Source: Prorocentrum cordatum (taxonomy: Eukaryota). Taken from it: 64,000 bases of DNA. This document shows positions 10,762 to 24,178 of this stretch, piece by piece. The stretch covers positions 2,852,001 through 2,916,000 of the forward strand of contig CAUYUJ010000001.1 of the NCBI GenBank assembly GCA_963575745.1. The letters are read 5' to 3'. The notes below the pieces were generated by a model. It had not been told where the DNA came from. It ran no database searches and saw nothing but the letters and a program-made list of their open reading frames with translations. The position numbers were made by a program, and so were the translations under genes. Positions within the stretch are counted from its first letter, which is position 1. Each line of letters begins with the position of its first letter.

Positions 10762-13700
10762 AAAAAAAATATATATATATATATGGCTGCGAAGCAAGGT
10801 TTTTCAAATAATCAGCAACAACAGAAAAACAACTAAAAACAAACAAACAAACTGGCTCTCGCGCCCTTGCGAATACTGGCAACAAAACATGTTTTCACAT
10901 TTTCATCAAATGCTACCAGACGGGGCTGCGCGCGCGTCGAAATCGCTCGGGCGCCCTTGCGCGAGTGTTGTCGCGATAACCCTTTGCAAAGAAAAAACGG
11001 CCGCGGAAAAAAAAAAAAAACTTCGCGCGCGCCGTTGCGCGCGCGCGTGCCGAGATCCGTCAAATACCTTAGGTTTCGCATGGGGTTCAAACCGAGTGTC
11101 GCGGAACCATATCAGAACACATGGTTTCTCAACGTCAGCTTTCCAAAAAAGCTCGCGCTCGCGCCCTTGCAGATTCTTATGAAAACCATCGGCTTTCAAC
11201 ATTGCCATTGAACTCTGCCAAGCGGGCCTGTCGCGCCGCGAGGCGGAATCATTCGCGCGCCCTTGCGCGCGCGCGCAGGGGTGGTGGGGGGGCGGGGGGG
11301 CGCGCCAAATAATGCCACGCGGGCCACTCTCGCGCGTCGGCCGCGCAAGCAATCGAATCCTTCCAGAACCTTCGTCGCCGACGCGAGGGCGCCGTCGTCG
11401 CGGTCGGCGCGATCAGCGTCGGCGCCGTGGCCGGCCGCGCCGTCGTCGCTGCCGACGCCGTCGCCAGCGTCGCTATTATCGGCCTCGTGTCTAACGTTGT
11501 CGACGTTGCCATGATATCGAATTCGCGCCGGTCGCGCCAGACTAGCCGGCCGCTGCGCGCGCGAGCATGCGCGGGCTAACGCGGCAGCAGAGACGCACAT
11601 GCCAACGCCGAGCGCCCGTCGCAATCGCTCCGCATGGGTTTGGCGAGCCAAATTGCGGGTGGGCGGGTGGGATGCTCGCGCGGGCAATCGAGCCGACAAC
11701 TTCAAGTTCGGCAGGGTGAATTGCACCGCGTAGAATGCATTGCATAGGTTGCATCGCACACAGTCTCCTCTCTAAAAGAAAAAAGACCCCCCCCCCGGAG
11801 TGAACGGGCCACCTTTCCGCATTTTCAATTTACGTGTGATTCTGCCCCATCGTCCATCTTAACTGCGAATTCATGCTATCCCAGCCACACCCGCATCGCG
11901 CCCCCCCCCCCCTCCGCCATCCTGTGCAAAAAGATGCGCGCGCACTCGTTTATCCAACATCATTGTTTTCCTCATTAGCCCCTTGCAACAAACGGGGCGA
12001 AGTCACGCGCGCGCGTCGTCGCGCGCACATGCCGAAATCCTTCAAAACCGTCGGTTTCGGAAAGATGTCAGACTCGAGTTTCAAAAAAAAAACATTCAAA
12101 ACCACACGGTTTCGCAACGCTGGTTTTCAAAAAAAGCCTACCCGCGCGCTCTTGCGAAATCTCACGAAAACCATTGGATTTTCAAGATTTCAAACAAAAT
12201 GCGACCAAACGGGCATCGCGCGCGTAGAAATCCACCCTAGCGCGCGTGTCGTCGCGAGAATCCTCTACAACAAATTGAACAAAGCGCAGTCGCGCGCGTC
12301 GTCGCGCGCGCGCCGAAATCCTTCAGGAACCTTCGGTTTTGGAAGGATTTCGAAATCGCGCGCCCCCAAAAAAACACATACACACAAAATCAAACAGTTT
12401 CGCTACGCGGGTGTTCAACAAAAGCGCGCGATCTTGCGTCGTCGTCGTCGTCGCCGTCCTCCCTTCTCCCTCGTCGTCGTCGTCGCCGTCGTCGTCCGCT
12501 TTCTTCCCTCGTCGTCGTCGTCGTCGTCGCCTTAGCGTCGTCGTCGTTTCCGTCGTCGTTGTCGCCGTGGTCGTCCTTCCTCCCTCGTGGTCTTCGTCGG
12601 CGTTTCGTCGTTGTCCCTTCTATTTCGTCGCCGTCGCCGTCGTCGTCGTCGTCGTCTTCCCTCCTCCCTAGTCGTTGCCGTCGTCGCCGTCGCCCCTCCT
12701 CCCTCGTCGTCGTCGTCGACGTCTTCGTCGTCGTCGTCTTCGTCGTCGCCGCCGTCGTCGTCGTCGCCGTCGTCGTCGGCGGCGTCGTCGTCGTCGTCGG
12801 CGTTGTTATCGTCGTCGTCGTCAACGTCGGCGTTGTCGTAGTCGTCGTCGTCGGTGTTGTCGTCGTCGTCGCTGTTGTCGTCGTCGAAGTCGCTGGTGAC
12901 TCGCCCGCAACGCCTGCCGCTGTCAACGTTGTCATGGTACCGCGCCCGCCCAAGTCGCCGACTCGCAATGAAGTGCCCGCTGCTATGTGCCCAATGATCA
13001 GCGCCGCCACGGCCGCGTCGGCCGCGCCAGACCAGTTGGCCGCTGCGCGCGCGCGCTCGGGTTGGCGCGGCCGCAGCCGAAGCAGCTGTCATCATCGTCA
13101 CCAGCGCCGCTACTACCATCATCGCGGTTACCGTCGTCGACGTTGCCACGGTACCGCGCCCGCCCAAGTCGCCGACTCGCACTAAAGTGCCCACTGGGAT
13201 GCGCCGAGTGGCCGCGGGCTAGCTGCGAGCGGTCAGCGCCACCGCGGCCGCGCCGGTCAGGCCTGACCAGCTGGCCGCTGTGCGCGCGAGCATGCGCGGC
13301 CGCGTCGGCAGCGCCAAACTAGCTGGCCGCTGCGCGCGCGAGCGCGCGCGGGCTACCGCGGCAGCAGAGATGCACCAGCCAATGCGAAGCACCCAGCGCA
13401 ATCGCTCCGCATGGGCTTGGCAAGCCAAGTTGCGGGCGGGCGGGTGGGATGACCGCGCAAGCAGTGGAGCCGACATCTTCGCATTCGACGAAGTGATTGC
13501 ACCGCATAGAGTGCACCGCATGTGTTGCATTACGTAGGATACATCGCACGCATAGCAGCACACATATTCTCCTTTCTAAAGAGATATAGACCCCCCCCTC
13601 CCCCGGAGTTCTCACTCCCCCCGCGTCCTATGTAAATCACATATGATTATGACCACATGTCCATCCAAAATATGAAAGCACAATGTCCCAGGCCAGCCAG

Positions 13701-14780
13701 GTTCCCCCCCCTGAGGTTCCCTTGTGAAGAAACACTATGCGGTGATATGTTTGGTTCCAACATATCACTTTATTTCACGAATCCCTTGCAAGGAAACAGA
13801 ATAGGAGGAACAACGAAAAAAAAATGACGAAGTGCACACGCGCGCGTCGTCGCGCGCGCATGCCGAAATCCGTAAAAAAACCTCGGTATCGGAAGGATTT
13901 CGCAACTGAGTTCCAAAAGAAATCATACAAAAACACCGGGGTTCGCAGCATTGGTTTGCGAAAGCAGCTTGCGCGCGAGCTCTTGCGAAATCTTGAGAAA
14001 ACCATGGGGTTTTCAATATTTTCACAACATGCTACCAAACGGGCTTCGCGCGCGCATGTCGAAATCTATCGAACGCCCTTGCGCGTGTGCCGTCGCGAGA
14101 GTCCTCTGCAACAAATGGGACGAAGTGCAGACGCGCGCGTCGTCGCGGGCGTATGCCGAAGTCCTTCAAAACCCATGGGTTTCGGAAGAATTTTTAAATC
14201 GTGTGTCAAAAAAAAATACAAAAGCACACAGTTTCGCAAAACTGCTTTTCAACAGAAGCGTGCGCGCACGCTCTTGCGTCGTCGTCGTCGTCGTGGTCGT
14301 CGCCGTCCTCCCTCCTCCCGCGTCGTCGTCGTCGTCGTCGCCTACGTCGTCCTCTGTCTTTCCTCGTGTTCGTCGTCGTCGTCCTCTTTGGCGTCGTGGT
14401 CGTTTCCGTCGTCGTTGTCGCCGTGGTCGTCCTTCCTCCTCCTCCTCCCTCGTCGTCGTCGTCGTGCGTCGTCGGCGTCTCGTCGTCGTCCTTCCTATTT
14501 CCTCGCCGTCGTAGTCGTCATCGTCGTTGTCGTCGTCGTCGTCTTCCCTCCTCCCTCGTCGTTGTCGTCGACGGCGTCGCCGTCCTTCATTCTTCTTCGT
14601 CGTTCGCGTCGTCGTCGTCGTCCCTCCTCCCTCGTCGTTGTCGTCGTTGTCGTCGTTGTCGCCGTCGTCGTCTTCCGTCCTCCCTCGTCGTCGTCGTCGT
14701 CGTCGTCTTCGTCGTCGTCGTCGTCGGCGTCGGCGTCGTCGTCTTCGTCCTCGTCGACGTCGGCGTCGTCGTCGTCGAGG

Positions 14781-14816
<36 letters not shown>

Positions 14817-16460
14817 GCGTCGTTGACGTCGTCGTCGTCGGTGTCGTCGATGTCGTCGTCGTCGTCGTCACCGTCGTCGTCCTTGTCATCGTCGTCGTCG
14901 TCGTCGGCGTCGGCGTCGGCGTCGGCGTCGTTGGTGTCGTCGTCGTCGTCGTCGTTGTCGGCGTCGTCGAAGTCGTTGGAGACGTCGTCGGTGTCGTCGC
15001 AATCGTTGCGGGCTCGCACGGCCACAAAGATGTACCAGCCAACACCCAGCATCATCGCAATTGTTCCCGCATGGGTTTTGCAAACCACGTTGCGGGTGGG
15101 TGGGTGGGGCGATTGCGCGAGCAGTGGAATCGATCACTTCAAGTTCGGCAAGTGAATTGCACAGCATAGACTGCATCACATAGGCTGCAGCGATACATTG
15201 CACCACATACGTCGTGCCGCATGTATTGCCTCACGCGGGTTGCGTCGCAGGGGGGTGGGGGGTCGCATGCGTCGCATGCGACCCCCCACCCCCCTGGGAT
15301 TGTCGGCCCCCTTTTCGCATTGCAATGTTCACGCGATTCTGCCCCATCGCCCATCCTAAAAATGAGCGCACAACATCCCGGCCAGGCCAGCGTCGTCCCC
15401 TCCCCGCTATCATCTGCAAAAGACACTGCGCGCACACTCGTTTACCAAACAATCACACGTTTCCAACCATCATTTGCATGAAGCTGCACGGAATGCCAGC
15501 GCGCACGTCGTCGCGCGCGCATGCCGAAATTCTTCAAACACCTATAGTTTCGCAAAGATTTCAAAACCGAGTGCTCAAACAGCCTGTAAAAAACACGGCT
15601 TCGCATCACGAGTTCACACCCTAAGTAAGACCAAGAAGCGGGCGCTTGCAAATAGTAGCAAAAACCAAAAGGTTTTTCAACATTCCCATCAACCGCGACG
15701 CGCGTGTCGAAATCGTTCGAGCGCCCTTGCGGGCGTGCAGGGGTGGCACGATCTGTGTCAAATGATACCACGGGGGCCACGCTGGCGCGTCTGCCGCGCG
15801 CGCATTTCGAACTCCTCCCCAAACTTTCATCACCGAAGCGAAACTGCCGTCACCGTCGTCGGCGTGATCGGCATCGGCACCATTACTGGCTGCCTCGTCG
15901 TCGCTGTCAGCATCGTCGCCAGCATCGCTACTACCATCATCGCGTCTACCGTTGTCGACGTTGCCATGATACCGCGCCCGCCCAAGTCGCCGACCCGCTC
16001 TGAAATGCCCGCTGAAATCTGCTGAACGGTCAACGCCGCCGCACTCGCATCGGTCGCGCCAAACTAGCTGGCAGCTGCGCGCGCGAGCATGCGCGGGCTA
16101 GCGCGGCCGCAAAGACCCACCACCCAACACACACGCGGGTTTTGCAAACCAAGTTGCGGGTGGGTGGGTGGGCGGATTGCGCGAGCAATGGGGTTGACAA
16201 CGTCAAGTTGGCAAATGAATAACACCGTATAGATTGCTCCGCGTACATTGCATTACGTCGGTTACATAACATACATTGCACCACATAAATAGCACCGCGT
16301 AGACTGCACCACACAGGTTGCATTGCATACTTTATAATCCGTAGTGCACCGCATATTGCTGTTGCATCGCGTACGTGGTGCCACATAAAGTGCACCGCTG
16401 AGATTGCCTCTCATATGTTGCATCGTGCACACGGCACCACATATATTGCACCGCGAAGCC
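7000..16460 (+). repeat. Tandem array of diverged ~0.7-1.8 kb macro-repeat units (family B) with embedded (GTC)n tracts
   Basis: The anchor TTGCGGG[TC]GGG recurs at ~7829, 9377, 10086, 11654, 13430, 15090 and 16154. CGCGCCCGCCCAAGTCGCCGACTCGC, CGCGCGCATGCCGAAATCC and GATTGCACCGCATA motifs recur in the same order. (GTC)n expansions lie at ~8730-9320, 12435-12900 and 14275-15000. Confidence 0.85.
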
Positions 16461-16507
16461 TGCAATAAACTGCTGTTTAGGGGTCAGCGCTGACTAACAT
16501 ACATACG

Positions 16508-16565
<58 letters not shown>

Positions 16566-16869
16566 TACATGTGCGTAGATGTATCTATATGTGTGTCTGT
16601 GCGTACGTTGTGCAATATATGTGGTGCAAGATATGTGGTCATGCAACCGATGTGGTGCAATCCATAGTATGCAGAATACGTTGTGCCATCTATTATGCGG
16701 CGACGGGCGGCGACGAAGCGGCGACGGCCCAGTTCCTTAGAGGAGAAATAAGAACCCTACGTGCACATTTTGGCGAAACATCACTCTTCCCTGTCGCACT
16801 TCGAAACGTGTCGGTCGGTACGGCGGGCTGGGCGCTTCGCCTGAGAATTCCTCGCCATTCATGATCCTA

Positions 16870-17325
16870 CAGCTTAGAACCCGCGCAATTTTCAAAAATT
16901 TGCTCTCGTTTTGACGCCGCGCGCAATCGTGTTAAATGTTTGCAGAAGATTCGCGGGTGGCGGGCGGTTCGTCTACAAAATTGGGTTTCTCGCCTGAGTG
17001 CCGCGCGCATTCGTCTCTCAAGTTTGCAAGAGCTTCCCGGCAGGAGACGGGGTCGTTCTCAAAATGTGGGCCCGACTTAGCGCCGTGAGCATTCGTCGTC
17101 AATGTTTGAAGGTATTTCACGGATGTAGGGCGGGTTGTTTTCAAAACGCGGTTCTCGGTTTAGCGCCGCGCGCAATCGTCTTACATATTTACAAGAGCTT
17201 CACGGATGGAGGTCACTTCCTTTCCAAAATGGAGTTTTCGCCTGAACGCCGCGCCCATTCGTCTTACAAGTTTGCAAGAGTTTCACGGATGGGAAGCGGA
17301 TGGTTTTCAACATGTGGCTCTCTCT

Positions 17326-17368
<43 letters not shown>

Positions 17369-18050
17369 CCTATTTTGTGTGTTTCTCTCTCTCTCTATTG
17401 TTTTTTTTTTTTTTTTTTGTTTTTTTGTTATTTTTCTCTCTCTCTCTCTCTCTCTATATATAAATATCCTCTCTGTCTCTCTGTCTCTCTGTCTCTCTCT
17501 CTCTCTTTCTCTCTTTCGCGCCGCGCACATTCGTCTTACTTTGGAGGGGCTTCATTGATGGAGGGCGGTTCGTTTTCAAAATGTGGCGGCCTTCCCAGCG
17601 CAACGCGCATTCCAGTTGAATGGTTGCAAGAATTTCACAAGTGGAGGGCGTGTCGTTCTCAAAATCTGATTTTCGCCTGAGCGCCTCAAAAAATCGTTAC
17701 AAAAAATCACCAGAGTTTCACTGATGGATGCCGGTTCTTGTTCAAAACGTGGCTCTCGACCTAGCGCCGCGCGCAGTCGTCTTGAACGGTTATAACAATG
17801 TTTCACGGATTCTTGCGGTTGACGTCCAAGGAATGGTGTTCCAGCACGTTCCAGGGCCGTCAGGACGCAACAGTGAAGTTGTTTCGTGGCGTTTAAGTTC
17901 AGGGGGTGATGTTTTGGCACGAGCACGGTTGAGGACTCTCGAACGTGAGTCTTCCACTGGGGCACTTCCAGCAACGAAAACAAATTCTTGAAGGGGCCTA
18001 TGAATAGGGAGCTCGGAGGTGGGGTCTGTTGCAACATCGTTCTTGTCTCT
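16870..18050 (+). repeat. Interspersed repeat family C, copy 1 (~80-bp degenerate sub-repeats)
   Basis: Repeated GCGCCGCGCRCATTCGTC...TTCACGGATGGAGGGCGG...TTCAAAA units ending in CTTCCA...GGGCACTTCC...TTGCAACATCGTT; homologous to 24860-25700. Interrupted by (CT)n/polyT at 17330-17520. Confidence 0.75.
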
Positions 18051-19144
18051 TGGGTTTGCACTGGTCCGCCTCGTCCTCCTCCTCCGCCCCAGCCCCGTGC
18101 CAAACTTCGGCCTCCGCCTACACATTTCCTCTTCCGCGTCCTCATCCTTCTCCCCCTCTCATCCGCCGCCTTCTTCCCCCTCCTCGTACACTCCTCTCTC
18201 TCTATCTCTCTCTTTCTCTCTGGAGGAGGAGGAGGAGGAGGAGGAGGAGGAGGAGGAGGAGGAGGAGGAGGAGGAGGGAGGAGGTGGGAGGAGGAAGAGG
18301 AGGAGGAAGAGGTCTCTCTCTCTCTCTTTCTCTCTCTCCCCCACCCCCCCTCCTCACCCTCCTCCGCAAGCTGCCCCTGGCTCCCCCGCCACCGTCCTCC
18401 TCCGCCCCCGCACCTCCTCGCCCGTGGTCTGCCCCCTGGACCTGCCCCCTGCGCTCAGGTCGGGCCTGTCCCCCTACAGGGGAACTTGCGGCGACTAAAA
18501 TCAAAATAATCAAAAAAGACCCCCCAAATGGGCAAACGTAGTCAAAACATCGTCCCCGTATTTTTTGTGGGCTACGTTTGAATATTCCTCCTGTATGGGG
18601 GACATGACAGGCCCGACGTAACCCTACGGAGCCTCGCTCCGCCCCCCCGCCCCGCCCCCTGGCTTCGCCCCCCCCACCCCCCCCCAGTGGATCCCCCTCC
18701 GGGTGGGAGAGCCGGGGCGGCACGCAGGCACGGGAGGGCCCACCCCGCCCCCGTGGGGGAGAGAGGAGGCGCAGGAGCAAGTGAAGCAGGGGGCGGAAGA
18801 GATGGGAGGAGAGGCAGGAGCACGGAGGAGGGAGGAGCGAGGGGAGGAGCGAGGGAGGAGAGGGAGGAGGGAGGACCGAGGGAACAGGGAGGACGAGGAG
18901 GAGGAGGAGGAGGAAAAGGAGGAGGAGGAGGAGGAGGAGGGAGAGGCGGGGGGAGAAATAGGGAGACGACAGCGGGGCGAAGGTTCGGGAGAAAAACCGA
19001 TAGAACAGGGGCACTGAGATTACGAACGTGCGATCGAGAACAAGTATGAACATGATAATGGTGGGGGAAGGCGGAACGATACAGATGAAGAAAAGGAAAG
19101 CAGGATGAGGAGGCCGAGCAGAGTGAAAGGAAGGCCAACAGGAA

Positions 19145-19282
19145 AATGATGATCATGCTGACGATACTGGTAAGGAGAACATGATGAACATGGTGAAGAC
19201 GATGATGATGAGGAGGATACTGATGATGGTGATGATGATGATGGTGCAGGTGATGCTGGTGATGATGGTGATGATGGTGGTA

Positions 19283-19335
<53 letters not shown>

Positions 19336-19396
19336 AAGGATGAGGATGATGCTGATGATGGTGCTGCTGATGATGATGTTGATGATGATGTTGATG
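19145..19396. repeat. (GAT)n microsatellite, left flank of the DIRS-type element
   Basis: Read directly. Confidence 0.9.
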
Positions 19397-19619
19397 TGGG
19401 GAGCTGCGAGCGCCAGACGATATTATTTGTGCGAGGGGGCGAGGGGGCACCGAGGCCATCCAGCATGCAAGACACAAAATCGTCTAAAGAGCGCGAAGAA
19501 AGAAGCCAGGCAATACTACTTGTGCGAGGAAGCGAGTTCTCACCGAGGTCATCCAACATGCAGAACACACAACCGTATTTTAACACGAATTCACACATTG
19601 GTTGAGTCTGGCCACCGCG

Positions 19620-20350
19620 GCGAGGCTGCGAACCCGAGCGAGGAGCGCGCCCGCGCTCTCAGCCGCCACGAGCCGAGGGATCAAGCGTGCTTGTGCTCTG
19701 TGGGCTGTCGATATGAGGACAGCCGAGGGGTGCCGGACTAAATTTCCCAGTCCTATCGCACAATCCGCGGCTGACGCTGCAGACCTCAGGAAGCTCGTGC
19801 AGATCTTTGACACGCCAACCCACGGGGCGCCGAATCGAACGCCACCTCGGAGAAAGACAGGCGGAGGAGACGGGCAGGGCAATGAGGGGATGGTCCCAAA
19901 GAGCGCTGCTTGCAGGGTGCTCTAGGACATCAGGAGTCAGAGCCAGAAGACATTTGCTTACCTCGGCGATAGCCACTTGCGCGCGTGCGCCGACGCATGC
20001 ACTAGGACCTGGCAGCCCGCAGGGCCGAACCGACGACCTAGCAGGAGGCCCGGCGAAGACGGGCCTGCAAACGAGCCCAGGTCGACGCCGGGCACTGGCA
20101 ACGCACGAACGGCGGACCCAGCCGTGGACGACGAGATCGGCGCCAGGGGCGCCCGGGTCGTCAGAGGGCCCGCGGCTTGAGTCCAGGACGACTGCCCCGA
20201 TGCACAAGCGGCGGGGCGCAGCGTCGACGCGGCAGGGGACAGATGCGGACAACAATAACATGAAACGCGGGGCAGCCAGGCCACGACATATGGCGCCGCG
20301 AAGAAGACGGCCCAGCCGAGGCGCCGGCTGCCGCTTCGCTCGGGAACCCG
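19620..20350 (-). pseudogene. C5-cytosine DNA methyltransferase-like domain remnant carried by the retrotransposon
   Basis: Motifs in C5-MTase order: VPERSGSRRLGWAV (motif I, ELFSGxG-like), GWVRRSCVASARRRPG...GPPARS...GLPG (motif IV region), LEHPASSALWDHP (motif VI, ENP-like), RFGAPW (motif VIII region). Frameshifted. Confidence 0.55.
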
Positions 20351-20379
20351 CGCCCCATTGCCGTTCGCAACGGTGGGCG

Positions 20380-21260
20380 CCCGCGACTGCGCCCGAGGGC
20401 GAGCGTGTCCCTGCGACGCCACCGTCGAGATCACCCGGGCACCCCGCCCGTCGCCCGCCGCGCTCAACGCCGCGACCTGCTCGGGGAGGGAAGAGATGGG
20501 CAGTTGCATCCTGGGCCCAAGGGCGCAGAGGGCCGAGGCGCCGCCCCAGATGGCCCGCTTGACCATCGCCTCGCGGAAACTCAAGCGGATCAACGACGGC
20601 GGGAAGGTCCGCGGCGGATCCCCGGCGGATCCGAGTCGCTTCGAGTCCTGGGGGAGGGGCCGCAGGAACGAGTTGCGGGCGATCGCGCTCTCGTCCGCGG
20701 CCCCCGCTTGGCGAGGGCCGCCCGTCGAGGCATCGGGGGCGATCGTGCTCCAGCGATGGCAGACGTCGGTCGAGCCTGTCGCGGGCTCGATCAGGCCGCC
20801 CGCCCAGAAGCAGCGCGCCGCGCTCGGCTGCGGACGCGCGCCGAACGCCAGCCTCGCGGAAACCGCCTCGCCGATCTTCGCCTCGAGGACCAGCGCCCCG
20901 ACCAGCGCCGGCATCGCTGGCCTGGGCATCGGCCGTTTCCCCCGAAGAGGCACGGGGCGCGCCCACCCCCCGAAGGGCCGCGTCGCTCTTGACAGGGGCC
21001 TCGGACCCGCCAGCACGCGGGGCAGCCGCGCGCGCAGCGTCGCCATGGCCAGGCGGCCCGTCGCCGAGGCGAAGCCGCCCAGGCATGGATGGTCGAAGAA
21101 GGTCGGCAAGCGTGCGCCCAATGCGACGGCATTCTCGAACGACTGTCCCGTCCACGTGCACCAACGGTGGAACCTCCTCGCGCGGGCGCGGCAGGCTTGC
21201 GGCGCGCGGAGGACGGTCGCGGCAGACTCGGGCAGGCACGTCTCGCCCGCCAGAGGCTGC
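20380..21260 (-). pseudogene. Tyrosine recombinase remnant
   Basis: LSRATRPFGGWARPVP (LPRAxRALxGW-like), LAFGARPQPSAA (LRPxE-like box I), RQAGAADES (SKTG-like), ALCALG...ATAHL...RGVERGGRRAG (LRHGGA...RGRW-like box II). Catalytic residues are degenerate. Confidence 0.65.
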
Positions 21261-21319
21261 CCCGCGCCCGGGCGCGGTAGGCCGCGCTGCGCGCTCAGAG
21301 TCTGTTTGGCACTGGGCGC

Positions 21320-21990
21320 CCTCGTCGCCGCCCTCGGCCATCGCGCGAGGGCCCTGGGGCCTGTGGTGAGGATCAGCGCGGCGATGCGTCTCAAGAAATG
21401 ACGCAGGTGCTGCGAGCCCGATCGGCCTTTGCTGCAGTTGAGGGCCAGAGCCAAATTGTCAACGAGGAAAAGGCATCGATATCCGCAGTTACGAGCATTG
21501 CGAGCAGCATGCCGGACAGCAAAGCACAACGCCCCCCTTCATACTCCAGCATCATCAGACCGCGACGGCGATGACGGCTGGAATGAATGATGATCCCGTC
21601 CTTCGAATCGCGACGCAGCGAGAGCACCTCGAAGACGTCCGAGACGGAGTCGACGCCCCCGCCCCCATATAGCGCGGACGACGGCGACGGGCATCCAGCG
21701 GCATCATCTCGTCCGAGAGCACGGGGCTTCGAGAGCACGGGGCCTGGCGGCGACAGCCTCGGATACTCTGTATCTCCACTTCTCCGCGTGCCTACCCGCG
21801 GACGAGACGACGCGCGCGTCGAGTTTCCAACGCGCCACCCGCCCACGCGGCGAGGCGCCCAGCGCGTGGGGGCCGCCCAGCCACGGAGAATGAGCAGGCA
21901 ACCGCATGAGCGGCAACAGCGCGGCCACTGCAGAGCGCTCCTGCCGAACCGAGACCATAGCTTCATGGGCGCGGGTCCAGCCGCATGGAT
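21320..21990 (-). pseudogene. RNase H remnant (DIRS-type)
   Basis: SPWLGGPHALGASPRG (decayed DAS motif), and FAVRHAARNARNCGYRCLFLVDNLALALNCSKGRSGSQHLRHFLRRIAALILTTGPRALARW (DN...KGRS...W block). Confidence 0.75.
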
Positions 21991-22020
21991 AAAGCTATGC
22001 ACGCCATTGGATATCAACAG

Positions 22021-22142
<122 letters not shown>

Positions 22143-22149
22143 CAGGATC

Positions 22150-22875
22150 ATGGCCCAGTCGGCGTGGCCCACCGCGATGGCGACGGCGCCGCGAGAGGCC
22201 GAGCCGCGCGACGACGGGGCCTGGATGGCCTGCCGCAGCCTGCCCAGACGGCCGGCTCGCACGCGCAGCTCTTGCCCGAGAACTGGACGCCCGCGAAGAC
22301 GCTTCGGACCGCGCCCCGGCGAGGCTGTGGATGGGGAGGCCCCTCGCGGTGAGGAGCTCCGCCAATGCTCGAGCCGCGGGCGCCGACTGGGGCGCCGCGC
22401 AAAAGTTGCACGCGCAGCCCGCTGCCGCGACACATGACTTGGAGACGAGCGGCCTCGGAGCAACTCCATCGGCCAAGCGGCGAGCGGGCCCCGGGCCAGA
22501 GCCCGCCATGCCGCGCGCGAGGGCGGGCTGGCAGCAGAACAAAGCCCATCCCATCGGCATCGCGCACACCGCGGGCTGGAGAATGGCACGCTGGTCGACT
22601 GCGACGCCGTCCGCAGCCCTCAGGTCGACGAAGCGATTCGAGATGGACGGCGGACGGAAGTGCTCGTCGAGCCCGCTCGGCAGCGCCATGCGGTAAAAGG
22701 CGCGCTGTATATCGCACTGCGCCACGCGGGAGCTGTCCGTCGACTCTAGAAATGCACGCGCCAACGGCGTCGGCGGCGCGGTGGTCGGCGGGGGCTTGAA
22801 ATAGACGTTTGCAACACGAGTGACGAAGACCAGCCGTAAACCGCCAGACGACTTCTCGACAACAAGAATTTCCAA
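22150..22875 (-). pseudogene. Reverse transcriptase remnant (DIRS-type)
   Basis: VVEKSSGGLRLVFVTRVANVYF (KxxGxLRLxxDxRxxN), AQCDIQRAFYRMALP (DxxxAFY), AMPMGWALFCCQ (LPMG) and GCACNF at the YxDD/YVDN position, which is mutated. Confidence 0.8.
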
Positions 22876-22959
22876 AGGAAGATGAAAAGGGAGAGGGTAC
22901 TATGCGTCGTCGATCACGCGGCGCAGCAGCATACGCTTCGAGTGCGCCACGCCGCAGCG

Positions 22960-23830
22960 CCTCCAGCCATCCCGACCATGAAGACAACGCCCAGAGCAGC
23001 GCCCGAGGCCCCAGGACGGGCCAGCTGTCTCGCTGCAGCTCTGTCTGCTCCTTCGCGGCGTCGGCGAAGGAGCGGTCACGGCGGCCGCGAGCGTCTCGGA
23101 CGACGCCAAACACACGAGGGTCGCGCGCGCCTTGGTCGCCCCCAGGCTGCGCGGCGGGCCCCCTCGCCGGCGGCGGCGGCCCCAGCGCCAGGCCCGAGAG
23201 CAGCCGCCAGCACGTATCCAATGGAGATCCGGAGCGCGCGCGGGAGGGGCAGCGGCATCGGGCGCGGGGCGCTCCGCTCGGGGGCAGCGGCGCAGCCTGC
23301 TGGTCGAGGAACCTCAGCACGCCAGGAGCCATGCCCAGCTCGCTGCCCTCTCCCAGGTGCAGTCCGAAATGGCCCGCGGACAGAGCACCAGCACCAGAAG
23401 CGGCGGCCAAGCCGAGCGCGTCCCAGGCCTCCGCCGCTGTGGGGAGGCGGCGGAAGCGGTACACGCTGGCAACCGCCATTCCGTCGACTCGCACACCTTG
23501 GCCCGCCAGGCGGATCATCGCCCTCACGTTCGCGGGCGGCCCCTGGTACTCTGGGTACACATCTAAATCGAGCGTCATGGTATAGTGACCAAGTACATGG
23601 AGCCTCACGGCATAGGAATCACAAGGCAGAAAGGCGATGACTTCAGCGTCCAATCAGCGCCCTCTGCCTCGCAGCCCGTGCCTGCTCCGCCGCCACCCTC
23701 GCGATGTCCGACTCGAAGCTGTCGGGCGGAGCCCCTGCGGAGCTTCCAGACCCCACGGCCCAGTGAGCAGGACCCGCGCTCTTCCTCAGGCGCCACTTGC
23801 GCACCACGAAGAAGACTGAGAAAACGATGC
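22960..23830 (-). pseudogene. ORF1/Gag-like remnant of the DIRS-type element
   Basis: Segments TMTLDLDVYPEY, VYRFRRLPT and DPRVFGVVRDARGRRDRSFADAAKEQTELQRDSWPVLGPRALLW resemble ORF1 of such elements as I recall them. The junction to RT near 22900 appears deleted. Confidence 0.5.
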
Positions 23831-24069
23831 CCATGACGAGCTCCTCGCCGCTAGGACGGGAGCAGGTAAGGGGTGGACTGTCGAGCGAAGGCGAACACGT
23901 GCACACAGGACAAGGATCTCCGGCCACCCGCACTATTACTGCAGCCTGGAAGGACCGAAAGAGATAGGGGCAGGATGGCGTTGGCGAATGATTGCATTCT
24001 CTGGAAGACTTGAGCGAGGGAACGGGGGCGGTACACGCACAACCCACGAACGCCTCATGCAGAGCTTAA

Positions 24070-24117
24070 CGATGATGATGATGCTGATGCTGATGATGAT
24101 GATGATGATGATGATGC

Positions 24118-24170
<53 letters not shown>

Positions 24171-24178
24171 ATGATGAC
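24070..24178. repeat. (GAT)n microsatellite, right flank of the DIRS-type element
   Basis: Read directly; same strand polarity as 19145-19396. Confidence 0.9.
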
